Origin: an uncultured Eubacteriales bacterium
GTDB taxonomy: Bacteria; Bacillota; Clostridia; Oscillospirales; CAG-272
DNA length: 64,000 bases
Reading direction: 5' to 3'
Assembly: GCA_905205065.1 (NCBI GenBank)
Contig: CAJLCI010000001.1
Location: forward strand, 124,690-188,689
The notes below the pieces were generated by a model. The model made no database searches. It was not told the DNA's origin and saw only the letters and a program-made list of their open reading frames with translations. The translations under genes were made by a program, and so were the position numbers. Each line of letters begins with the position of its first letter. Positions within the stretch are counted from its first letter, which is position 1. Shown here piece by piece: positions 1-8,720 of this stretch.

Positions 1-4
1 AAGC

Positions 5-268
5 TTACTTACGGATACCGAGTCTTTCAATTATAGAACGGTAACGTTCAATATCCTCTTTCATGAGATATCCAAGAAGATTTCTGCGGTGTCCAACCAT
101 CTTAAGAAGTCCGCGACGGCTGTGATGATCCTTCTTGTTCTTCTTAAGATGCTCATTAAGACTGTTGATTCTGTACGTAAGTATTGCAATCTGAACCTCA
201 GGAGATCCGGTATCTCCTTCATGAGTTTTGTAAGCTTCGATGATACTTTGCTTTTCTTCCTTTGTCAT
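5..268 (-). CDS. rpsO: 30S ribosomal protein S15
   Basis: The 87-aa ORF matches the S15 family over its full length ([11 protein letters not shown]...[16 protein letters not shown]). Confidence 0.95.
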   Translation of the reverse strand: MTKEEKQSIIEAYKTHEGDTGSPEVQIAILTYRINSLNEHLKKNKKDHHSRRGLLKMVGHRRNLLGYLMKEDIERYRSIIERLGIRK

Positions 269-291
269 TATGATTCACCTCTAAAATTATA

Positions 292-320
292 ATCTGCGGC
301 AGACTCAGCAAGCGGCAGAT
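292..320 (-). promoter_or_regulatory. Hairpin in the rpsO 5' leader, a possible S15 autoregulatory structure
   Basis: atctgcggc/gcggcagat forms 8 of 9 pairs and lies about 24 nt upstream of the rpsO start on the minus strand. S15 is known to autoregulate through leader structures, but this assignment is inference only. Confidence 0.3.
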
Positions 321-633
321 GAACCCCGTTTCGTTAAAAGAAACTTTTATCCGCAAGCCGTGAAAGCCGTACAAACAGATATTAGTATACCACATACTTT
401 AATTAATGTAAATAGATGTTTGCGTTATTCATATTTATTTTACATTTTTTATATCTGCAAATTCAGTAAATAAGTGTAGCCGTATTTAATTTTACCTGTC
501 TTGCAATTGCCGAAGAGCGGTTTTCCCGTCAAGCAAAGCATACAATTCTGCCGCATCCGTAAGTCATAAAATAAAATTTCATTTCCTGATCGACCTTATG
601 ATATTTACGAATCAAGGCTGTGCATCATAATAT

Positions 634-2160
634 TTATGCGGCGTTCGTCAGCGGAAATTCTCTTTTAAGGAGATTTGCCGCAGTATTTTTGTATCGGTTA
701 TAATAGCTTGTATATGATGCACCGTCAACTCCGGAATAAAAAGCGTCACGTGTCGCGGAGACAAGAGTCTCCAAATTGCAGAACACATGGGTAAAGTCAA
801 CTCCGGCAGTTTTTCCGGCAATATACCTTAGCATAGAAATAGAAGAATTATCGCGAATAGCCGTATTTTGAATATATTCGATCGCCGCGTCTTCCATACA
901 ACCCGACGAGGCAGCATTCAAAGCTTGAATTATAAGCGAAGTATTCGATGCAAGTGCATTGTCAATAGTAGTTACCAGAACCGCCGTGTGGGAAGGATCA
1001 CTTGCAGTAATTCCGACTGTATCAGCGCTGTACGCAGGCAGCGGAAGAACTCCCCATTCGGTTTCGGATGAAGCAAGCAGCTCGGCGTCACCAAGTTTTC
1101 CGACATAAAAAAGAATATTTCCGGCTCTGAAGCTCGACACGGCAGAAGCGTCAGTTCCGAAGCAGCTTTCAAATCCGCTACCACCTGAAATGGTTCTTCT
1201 GCAAAGCGAAATAACGTCAAGAATCGCATCCTGATTTTCCGAAAGCGAAGGAACAGAGCCGTAAACCGTGTCAACATAGTGAATACCGGCGCTTGCCATC
1301 ACTGCGTCGGCAACAGACGAAACAGAAAGATCAGTCATCGCACCGATCTCTGTTGCTGAATCGGTGCCGCGTGCGGCCGCGGCGGCTTGCATCAGCTCAG
1401 CAAATTTATCCCATGTCCAGTCTCCGCTGTATACAAGATTATACAGCGAACCCATTCCCAATTCTTCGGCAAGCGGACGGTTAAAAAATACGGCATAATA
1501 CTGTCTTATATCCTTAGTAGCGTCTCCGCTGACAGCATAGAGCTTGTACGCCGCTCTCATCTGAGACATCGCCTCTGTATTAAAGTAATCATACGAAAAG
1601 AAATCTGCCCCCGGAAGGCTATAAAGGTTCATCAGCAGTCCTGCATCCGCATATGTTCCGACCTCCGTTACATTTACGGAAAGCAAATCAGCATAATAAG
1701 TTCCGGAAGCTTTATTTTTCCTGACCTCTTCGAATAGCTCAGACTCGGAAGCCGATTTTTTGGATACAAGCGACGTATTGAACTTTTCCTCTATATATTT
1801 ATTTCTCGCAAGTGCGGTAGCCGAGATTTCATCCGAGCCCTCAGAAGGACACAAAATATCTTCATAATTGCAGGTAGCTATCACCGTTGCCGCGCCATCA
1901 AAATCAGCGTCGGCGATTGAATCAAGCGCTTTTGCAGAATCCTCCGCAGTACGGCTTCGCACAATATTTTCCACGTAATTCGCCGATGTCTCCTCCACGG
2001 ACGTATCGGTCACGGAATCTCTGTTATCCGTCACAGCCGGATTTTCGCTTCCAATGCCGCCGGTGCAGGAAAAAAACATTGTACAGACAGCCGCTAAAGA
2101 CAAACACAAAGATATTGCTTTTATCCTCCTGCCAAATTCTGTTTTTTCTTTAAACTTCAT
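634..2160 (-). CDS. Lipoprotein resembling a large extracellular solute-binding protein
   Basis: The signal peptide has a lipobox (LAAVCTMFFSC-TGG), followed by a Ser/Thr/Asp-rich linker and a roughly 450-aa body. The start is taken at MKFKEK, although the ORF stays open to 2199. No adjacent permease genes are present. Confidence 0.6.
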   Translation of the reverse strand: MKFKEKTEFGRRIKAISLCLSLAAVCTMFFSCTGGIGSENPAVTDNRDSVTDTSVEETSANYVENIVRSRTAEDSAKALDSIADADFDGAATVIATCNYEDILCPSEGSDEISATALARNKYIEEKFNTSLVSKKSASESELFEEVRKNKASGTYYADLLSVNVTEVGTYADAGLLMNLYSLPGADFFSYDYFNTEAMSQMRAAYKLYAVSGDATKDIRQYYAVFFNRPLAEELGMGSLYNLVYSGDWTWDKFAELMQAAAAARGTDSATEIGAMTDLSVSSVADAVMASAGIHYVDTVYGSVPSLSENQDAILDVISLCRRTISGGSGFESCFGTDASAVSSFRAGNILFYVGKLGDAELLASSETEWGVLPLPAYSADTVGITASDPSHTAVLVTTIDNALASNTSLIIQALNAASSGCMEDAAIEYIQNTAIRDNSSISMLRYIAGKTAGVDFTHVFCNLETLVSATRDAFYSGVDGASYTSYYNRYKNTAANLLKREFPLTNAA

Positions 2161-2211
2161 ATTATATAATCTGACTTTCCCTTTCATAATCAAACACATG
2201 ACTTTTCAATA

Positions 2212-2335
2212 AGGAGCATCGCTCCATCATAAGGCGGTCCGGCGGCAGATTGTACCGCCGCCGAAAAAAGTGAGACGAACCCAATGGCTGCAGAGTCAAA
2301 CGCCTGTATAGGCGAGAAACATCCCGCATTTAGGT
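2212..2335 (+). repeat. Copy R1 of the dispersed GC-rich intergenic element
   Basis: It shares an ordered set of motifs with the other copies: gtcata-like, a hairpin with an AGATTGTA loop (cggcgg/ccgccg), ccgaaaaaagtg, a hairpin cgcct-gtat-aggcg, and acatcc. Confidence 0.55.
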
Positions 2336-2388
2336 ATAGTATTGTGATATCCGATAAATCGGATGAAATCTTCCGGAAACGCCGCCGT

Positions 2389-2488
2389 CAATCGATATTC
2401 GTCAATCGATATTCGTCAATCGATGTTCATCAATCAATGTTCATCAATCAATGTTCATCAATATGTACATCAACCAATGCTCATCAAT
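2389..2488. repeat. 14-bp tandem array of about 7 units (caatcgatattcgt and variants)
   Basis: The units are contiguous head to tail with progressive divergence. The array starts about 54 bp after R1. Confidence 0.9.
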
Positions 2489-2612
2489 AAATTTAAGCAG
2501 ACCGGATTTAAATAAAAAAGTACCCGATAAATTACTCACGGTCTGCCATCCTGATACGGCAAACTATTATATACACAAATACACATACCATTTACCGTTT
2601 TAATCCGGCTGG

Positions 2613-4049
2613 CTATATCCTCCTAAATTTTGTTCCCTCTTTTGTATCCTCAAGAATAATTCCCTTTTCAAGAAGCTCTGCGCGTATGCGGTCAGCTTCG
2701 GCATAATTTTTAAGTTTTTTCGCCTCTGCACGAGCTTCTATTTTCGCCAGAATATCGGCGTCGGCATCTCCGTTCGCACCATTGCGATCCGCAAGCAGAC
2801 GCTCCGCAGCTTTTAACAAATCAAGGGAAAGCACAGAATCAAAATCTGCAAGCAGCCGAAGCTTAGACGCGGAGCTACAGCCGGATTTCACAACATCGTA
2901 AAGCGCTGTCACCGCAAGAGACGTATTCAAATCATTATCCATTGCAGCGGCAAACTCCGCGCGCAAAGTGCCGGCTTCTTCCGCATCTGAAGCATCGATC
3001 TTCTCAGGAATTACGGAACAATCCGAAAGCAGAACAGCAATACGGGAAACAAGCTTTTCATACGCTGTTGCGGCATTGTCAAGCGCATCCCACGAAAAGA
3101 CAAGCACTTTTCTGTAATGCGAGCAAAGGCAGAAAAGACGATATACCATCGGATCATATCCTTTTTCACGCAAAAGAGAAACGGTAAGAAATTCTCCACT
3201 TGATTTGCTCATTTTTCCGTCATCGTTATTCAGATGGAAAACATGAAACCAATAATTACACCATTTATGTCCGAGATAGGCCTCGCTCTGGGCAATTTCA
3301 TTCGTGTGATGGGGAAAAGCATTGTCGATCCCCCCGCAGTGAATATCCAGATATTCTCCCAGAGTCGAGATACTTATAGCGGAACACTCGATATGCCATC
3401 CCGGATAGCCAAGTCCCCACGGACTTTCCCATTTCAGCTCCTGATCCTCAAATTTTGATTTGGTAAACCAAAGCACAAAATCGCTTTTATTTCGCTTGTT
3501 GTCGTCGCGCTCTACGCCGTCGCGTACTCCCACCTCAAGATCTTCACTGTCATGCTTATTAAAGACGTAATACTCATCAAGCTTTGAAGTATCAAAATAA
3601 ATATTTCCGCCGGCCTCGTAAGCATATTCTTTTTCAATAAGCCTTCCGACCATTTTTATATAGTCGGATATACGCGAGGTTGCCGGAACCACAGTATCCG
3701 GCCACCGAATATTCAGACTGCCGCAGTCCGAGACAAATGCATCCGTATAATATTTTGCAATTTCCATAACGGTTTTATGCTCTCTCTGCGCGCCTTTAAG
3801 CATTTTGTCCTCACCCTCGTCAGCATCGCTCGAAAGATGTCCGACATCGGTGATATTCATCGTGCGCTTTACGTCAAATCCGATATAACGCAGGTATTTT
3901 TCGAGGACATCTTCCATTATATATGTTCTAAGGTTTCCTATATGAGCAAAATGGTAGACCGTCGGTCCGCATGTATACATTTTTACAATTCCCGGCTCAT
4001 GCGGAATGAATTCGTCTTTTTTTCTTGTAAGAGAATTATAAAGCTTCAT
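2613..4049 (-). CDS. cysS: Cysteine--tRNA ligase
   Basis: The 478-aa ORF carries the class I HIGH-type motif (YHFAHIGNLRTY) and KMSKS, with CysRS family architecture. Confidence 0.95.
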   Translation of the reverse strand: MKLYNSLTRKKDEFIPHEPGIVKMYTCGPTVYHFAHIGNLRTYIMEDVLEKYLRYIGFDVKRTMNITDVGHLSSDADEGEDKMLKGAQREHKTVMEIAKYYTDAFVSDCGSLNIRWPDTVVPATSRISDYIKMVGRLIEKEYAYEAGGNIYFDTSKLDEYYVFNKHDSEDLEVGVRDGVERDDNKRNKSDFVLWFTKSKFEDQELKWESPWGLGYPGWHIECSAISISTLGEYLDIHCGGIDNAFPHHTNEIAQSEAYLGHKWCNYWFHVFHLNNDDGKMSKSSGEFLTVSLLREKGYDPMVYRLFCLCSHYRKVLVFSWDALDNAATAYEKLVSRIAVLLSDCSVIPEKIDASDAEEAGTLRAEFAAAMDNDLNTSLAVTALYDVVKSGCSSASKLRLLADFDSVLSLDLLKAAERLLADRNGANGDADADILAKIEARAEAKKLKNYAEADRIRAELLEKGIILEDTKEGTKFRRI

Positions 4050-4102
4050 TGATTTTTATTTCCTTTCATTTTCCCGACAGTTCAGCGTTTTTTATTCGAG
4101 CC

Positions 4103-5011
4103 TTATTTTTCATAGTTTTTCCTATCCTTATCCACACTCGAAATTCCGGCATTTCCGGAGCAAAAGACACTTCCGTCACCGTGCTCGTATCCTATTTGCG
4201 AATCCGGAAAAATTCCGCGTTTCCTATCATCTTCTTCGTGCGAGGCTTCCTTCTTCTCGTCCGCAAAAGCGGATTCGAGCGCCGCAATGCGCTCTTTAAG
4301 CTGGGCAAGCTCCTGAGCAACCGGATCCGGTATATGCACCTGATCAAGATCCGACTCTTCAACCCTCACACTGCCGCGTTTTACAACATGAGCGGGAATT
4401 CCAACGGCGGTACTGTCCGAAGGAACCTCATGCAGAACTACCGCCCCGGCAGCTATCTTTGAATTATCGCCTATTTTAAACGGTCCGAGAACCTTCGCCC
4501 CGGCACCGACCATCACATTATTACCGAGAGTAGGATGACGCTTACCCGTATGCTTTCCTGTACCGCCGAGAGTAACCCCCTGATACAGAGTGCAGTAATC
4601 GCCAATTTCTGCAGTTTCCCCAATCACAACTCCGGATCCATGATCGATAAAAAGTCCCCTTCCTATTGTAGCTCCGGGATGTATCTCAATACCGGTAAAA
4701 TGCCGGGCAGTCTGACTTATCAGCCGTGCTGCAAATTCATGTCCTCTTTTCTGAAGCGCGTGAGCAACTCTATATGCAGCAACAGCATGAACACCCGAAT
4801 AAAGCAGAATTACTTCTGCCTTGGTTCTGGCAGCCGGATCACGCTCCATAACGGACTCAACGTCGCACTTAAGCTCACTGACGATTCCTCTCGTAAAACG
4901 GTATACTTTTTCAGCTCCTGCCGCAAATCCGCAGCTTTCACGGGATGAGCAGTCTTTGCATTTTATATATATTTTTTTTCTTTTAATATTCTCATTTTCC
5001 GGGATACTCAT
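4103..5011 (-). CDS. cysE: Serine O-acetyltransferase with N- and C-terminal extensions
   Basis: It has the ERDPAA motif and a hexapeptide-repeat core (GIEIHPGATIGRGLFIDHGSGVVIGETAEIG). The start is taken at ATG (MSIPENEN). The ORF track starts 14 codons earlier at a GTG. Confidence 0.85.
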   Translation of the reverse strand: MSIPENENIKRKKIYIKCKDCSSRESCGFAAGAEKVYRFTRGIVSELKCDVESVMERDPAARTKAEVILLYSGVHAVAAYRVAHALQKRGHEFAARLISQTARHFTGIEIHPGATIGRGLFIDHGSGVVIGETAEIGDYCTLYQGVTLGGTGKHTGKRHPTLGNNVMVGAGAKVLGPFKIGDNSKIAAGAVVLHEVPSDSTAVGIPAHVVKRGSVRVEESDLDQVHIPDPVAQELAQLKERIAALESAFADEKKEASHEEDDRKRGIFPDSQIGYEHGDGSVFCSGNAGISSVDKDRKNYEK

Positions 5012-5326
5012 AATTATGACCATACCTTTCGCACATACCGTGTCTGCAGACACAGTATGAAGGATTTTCTTTCAAATTAAGACCATACCTTAAGTACAGA
5101 CTAAAATTCCATGTCTGTATCTGATATGCCTATAACACCTATAACAGCGCAGATTATCATGACAGGCAGATACAGTTCATTTGTAGGTAAAACGGATGCC
5201 GTTTAAAGCATTTTTCTCGCCTAAATTTATATAAACAGTTTTATACACGTAAATGTATAAAATCTCCCTTATTGTATATTATATCTGTTTTCCCCTGTCT
5301 TGTAAATAGTTTTTATCAATTATTTC

Positions 5327-5355
5327 TTGACATTTTTTAATTCTTATATTATAAT
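5327..5355 (+). promoter_or_regulatory. Sigma-A-type promoter (TTGACA-17-TATAAT)
   Basis: Both hexamers are perfect and the spacer is 17 bp. The promoter sits about 275 nt upstream of the radical SAM start codon. Confidence 0.65.
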
Positions 5356-5491
5356 TAATATGAGCTGAAATATAAATTGTTCGCCAAATATATCTAATAA
5401 GTGAAATAACCTGGGCCTTGACAGGCGTTTGCCGCTACAGGCAACAGGATGCATTCACTTCTCAGACGGCGGTTTGATCCGTCGCTGAAAT

Positions 5492-5575
5492 GTCTTATGA
5501 CAGAGCTATGCTCCTTACCGAAAAAACGGTCCGGCGGATCATCCCGAAATCTACGTAGGAAATTACTCGACATCT
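5492..5575 (+). repeat. Rearranged or partial copy R0 of the dispersed GC-rich element
   Basis: It shares ggtccggcgg, ccgaaaaaa, ctacgtagg and gacatc with R1-R5, but the order differs partly. Confidence 0.4.
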
Positions 5576-5629
5576 CATGTTCTGAATCCACCCGGAAACG
5601 GTCTGTTTAAAAACCAAAGGAAAGAAAAA

Positions 5630-7177
5630 ATGCTGAAAAATCTGGGCGGACGCCCTGCGCGAATGCTGCTTGTATATCCCGATTACACAGACAGAGATGC
5701 TTCAAAACGAACAAGCGGCGGTAACTACAGTGAAGGTCTGGCATCAATTTCTGCAGTCCTAAAACAGGGAGGTCATGATGTTAAACTAATGCATCTTCTT
5801 AACCTCCACACCGAGGAAGCCTTTAAATCAAGACTCCGGGAAATGGGTGAATTTGATATTATAGGATTTTCTATCCGAACAACCGCTTTTCCCGACTGCC
5901 AGCTCTATATAAAATGGACAAAGGAAGTATATCCCGACACATTTATAATCTGCGGAAGCTACCATCCGACTCTTGTTCCCGATGAGGTTCTCGCCGTGGA
6001 CGGTGTTGACTGCGTCTGTGTCGGTGACGGAGAATATGCAGAACTTGAGCTCTGCGACAAAATGCGTGATGGAGATGACTACACCGGCGTTCAAAGTCTC
6101 TATTTTAAAATGCCGGACGGTTCATTTAAACATAATCCCATAAGACCTCTCTTCTCAGATTTGGATCAAATTCCGATTCCCGATTTTGACTTATTTGATT
6201 ATGATAACCTTGAATCCTCAAAGGTAGGTACCGCCATTGTAATTGTAAGCCGCGGGTGTTTTTACAACTGCACCTACTGCGGAAACGGAAACTTTCGCAA
6301 AGTATATCCAAACAAAAAAATTTATGCACGTTTCCGCTCTCCTGAGAATGCAATTTTATATCTGAAGACACTGCTTTCAAAGCGTCCTTATATTAAATTT
6401 ATAAACTTCAGGGACGCAATATTCAATATGTTTCCAGACTGGTTTGACACATTTATAGAGATGTATAAAAAAGAAATCGGTCTCCCCTGCACCGGTAACA
6501 TTCGTTTTGACATTCTCACTGAGGAAACTGTCAAAAAGATGAAGGATGCCGGATTTTATACCATAGATATGGGGCTTGAAAGCGGAGATCAGGAGATGCG
6601 TTTCAAATATCTGCGGCGATACCAAACAGATGAAATGATAATCAACTGTTCAAACTGGTTTCACAAATATGGCATATCACAGCTAACTTATAATATAATA
6701 GGTCTGCCGTACGAGGATATTCACAGAGCTCTCAAAACTATTAAATTGAATGCAAAAATCAAAAGCGACAGAGTTATTCCCAATATTTTTTATCCATATG
6801 AAGGAACTCCCCTTTATGAAATTTCAAAAGAAGCGGGTTTCATCCCTGAAGGAGATTTTACAAAACGGCGCGTTCCGTTAATTCAGCCGCAGTTTCCAGA
6901 AGAACAGGTTTTGTTTATAGAAGCATATTTTATGCATTTTGTGCGTCGGTACAAGCTCGCATATAAGCTTCCCGGAAAAATCGGAAAAGCCTATGAACGA
7001 TTTCTTGACTGGCGGGTTACAAATCCTCATGTTCCCTATAGATTTCTTGTGTCTCTGCATGACGGATATACAAAAGTCCGTAACTCGCTCAAGGATTTTC
7101 TAGTAAACCATCTCCCGAAGGTATACATGAAACTGCGTGTAATCAAGCACAGTAAGAGAGCAAGGATTAAAAATTAA
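5630..7177 (+). CDS. B12-binding domain radical SAM protein
   Basis: The N-terminus has a cobalamin-binding-like Rossmann region (LLVYPDY...DIIGFS...GSYHPT). The CxxxCxxC motif (CFYNCTYC) is present. Confidence 0.85.
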   Translation: MLKNLGGRPARMLLVYPDYTDRDASKRTSGGNYSEGLASISAVLKQGGHDVKLMHLLNLHTEEAFKSRLREMGEFDIIGFSIRTTAFPDCQLYIKWTKEVYPDTFIICGSYHPTLVPDEVLAVDGVDCVCVGDGEYAELELCDKMRDGDDYTGVQSLYFKMPDGSFKHNPIRPLFSDLDQIPIPDFDLFDYDNLESSKVGTAIVIVSRGCFYNCTYCGNGNFRKVYPNKKIYARFRSPENAILYLKTLLSKRPYIKFINFRDAIFNMFPDWFDTFIEMYKKEIGLPCTGNIRFDILTEETVKKMKDAGFYTIDMGLESGDQEMRFKYLRRYQTDEMIINCSNWFHKYGISQLTYNIIGLPYEDIHRALKTIKLNAKIKSDRVIPNIFYPYEGTPLYEISKEAGFIPEGDFTKRRVPLIQPQFPEEQVLFIEAYFMHFVRRYKLAYKLPGKIGKAYERFLDWRVTNPHVPYRFLVSLHDGYTKVRNSLKDFLVNHLPKVYMKLRVIKHSKRARIKN

Positions 7178-7301
7178 AAGCGAAAATCACTTTAAAATTT
7201 ATCGTTTTGATTTAAAGTAGGTATTTTTTAATCAGATATAGCGTACACTTGATACTGTATTAAAAAATTCCTTTGCATAGTCCGAAAGGAATTGATTGGA
7301 T

Positions 7302-7475
7302 ATGGCACACCAGATTGACAGAGAAAAATGCATCGCATGCGGAACCTGCGACGTTGAATGTCCGGCAGACGCAGTTATAATCAGCGAGGCAGGAAAATTC
7401 AGCATAGACGCCGACAAATGTCTCGACTGTGGAATTTGCGCTTCGGTCTGTCCGGTAGATGCAGCACATAAATAA
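7302..7475 (+). CDS. 2x[4Fe-4S] ferredoxin of 57 aa, absent from the ORF track
   Basis: Hand translation gives MAHQIDREKCIACGTCDVECPADAVIISEAGKFSIDADKCLDCGICASVCPVDAAHK*. It contains two CxxCxxCxxxCP motifs, and an AAAGGA RBS lies upstream. Confidence 0.85.
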   Translation: MAHQIDREKCIACGTCDVECPADAVIISEAGKFSIDADKCLDCGICASVCPVDAAHK

Positions 7476-7525
7476 TTTTGATTATGAATTTCCGGCAAGA
7501 TATGCCTGAAAGGAATGGTATTTAA

Positions 7526-7882
7526 ATGTCTGATAACATTAACGAAGAAATTATGAACAATTTACCAGATGAGGAGAACGCCACCGATGCGATCGGAGAG
7601 TCTGATGATATTGAGGACATCGAAGACGAAATCTACACTCTTACTGACGAGGAAGGCAACGAAGCCCGTTTTGAGCTCGCCGGTACCAGGGAGCTTAACG
7701 GAGAGACATACTACGCTTTGATTCCCATAGAAAACGACAAAGACGAATATGTAATTCTAAAATCCGAAATCAGCGAAAACAATGAAGAAATGTTAGTTAC
7801 AATCGATGACGATGATGAGTTTAACAGCATTTCCGAAATATTTGATAATGAGCTTTTCGGTGAAATTGATTACGATTTATAA
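7526..7882 (+). CDS. DUF1292-family acidic protein
   Basis: The 118-aa ORF is very acidic. The core YTLTDEEGNE..FEL......NGETYYALIP is typical of DUF1292. Confidence 0.7.
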   Translation: MSDNINEEIMNNLPDEENATDAIGESDDIEDIEDEIYTLTDEEGNEARFELAGTRELNGETYYALIPIENDKDEYVILKSEISENNEEMLVTIDDDDEFNSISEIFDNELFGEIDYDL

Positions 7883-7949
7883 TTTAGTGTTTATAACCGC
7901 CCCTGTAAAAGTTTTGCACGTAAAGTTGTTCGGCTTTAATGGCATTCGG

Positions 7950-8045
7950 TTGTAAAAACGTTCTACTGTTAAGGCGCTTTGCTGTAATTATTTTCAGCTG
8001 TTAAGGCGTTCACCCGTAAATATTTTCAGTTGTAAAAACGTATGC
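7950..8045. repeat. 16-bp-periodic array of 6 units with a YYGTAA core
   Basis: The units are ttgtaaaaacgttcta, ctgttaaggcgctttg, ctgtaattattttcag, ctgttaaggcgttcac, ccgtaaatattttcag and ttgtaaaaacgtatgc. This amounts to a 32-bp unit repeated twice and flanked by ttgtaaaaacgt. Confidence 0.8.
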
Positions 8046-8419
8046 TTTTAATAAGTTTGACTTTACAAGCGCCAGATACTGCATTTTTCAGTGTGAGTTT
8101 ATTTTCCCACTGAAACGCAAAGAAACTAATACGCCAGTAATACTCCAGGTATAATTACAATCGTTTATAAGATCCGATCCGTGTCTTGCAAACTTGTCGA
8201 AGCGTTACTTAAATTTAAATCAAATTTAATTCTTAACAAACTTTTGAGAATAATCTTCATAACTACAGCAATAATATTAATCAGAACAAGAAGGTCAGAA
8301 AGCAATCTTAGGATCAGCCCGTAATTTCAGGCTACAGAAATTCTGTGGTTTGTATATCCTGCTTCGTTCGTGATATTTCAGTTAATTAAACCCACAATTA
8401 TTAAAAGGAGTCCAATTAC

Positions 8420-8560
8420 AGTTAAGGGATACAGACCTCCCCGGCTGCCCTGAGTTTGAGCCGCTATACGCGTCTCACCACGGCATACCGGGAAGTTGGG
8501 AGTACAAATTGGCAGTGGAGGACACCTACCTTGCGAGAGCAGGGTTTTTAATTGCTGAAT
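8420..8560 (+). ncRNA. Candidate structured RNA or R-element relative upstream of the sipL-like gene
   Basis: Nested pairings cctcc..ctgcc / ggcag.ggagg enclose about 80 nt. A ccttgc-GAGA-gcaggg hairpin followed by a T-run comes next. The 3' part (ggaggacacctaccttgcgag) resembles the R2/R5 3' ends. Confidence 0.35.
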
Positions 8561-8720
8561 ACACGGCGAAGCGGGTTTTTTTATTTTCCATGAATATTTC
8601 CGAACTGTTGTGCATAATATGAAACAAGACCATTTTTTATACAGCAGCTCCGCAACTTACACAGCTTATACTCATCTGCAGTTGCTTTTAGTTATACTTA
8701 TAGTAAAAGGAGAATTCAAA

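Noticed and set aside
5054-5326. Cys T-box leader upstream of cysE-cysS
   Set aside because: Reading the minus strand, I found no T-box core (GGGTGGTACCGCG-like), no clear specifier-loop context and no terminator/antiterminator pair. Only small hairpins are present.
5356-5629. Cobalamin or SAM riboswitch in the leader of the B12-radical SAM gene
   Set aside because: No B12 box (..GCCACTG..) or SAM-I core (..GAGGGA..GCAACC..) was recognisable. Part of the leader matches the dispersed R element instead.
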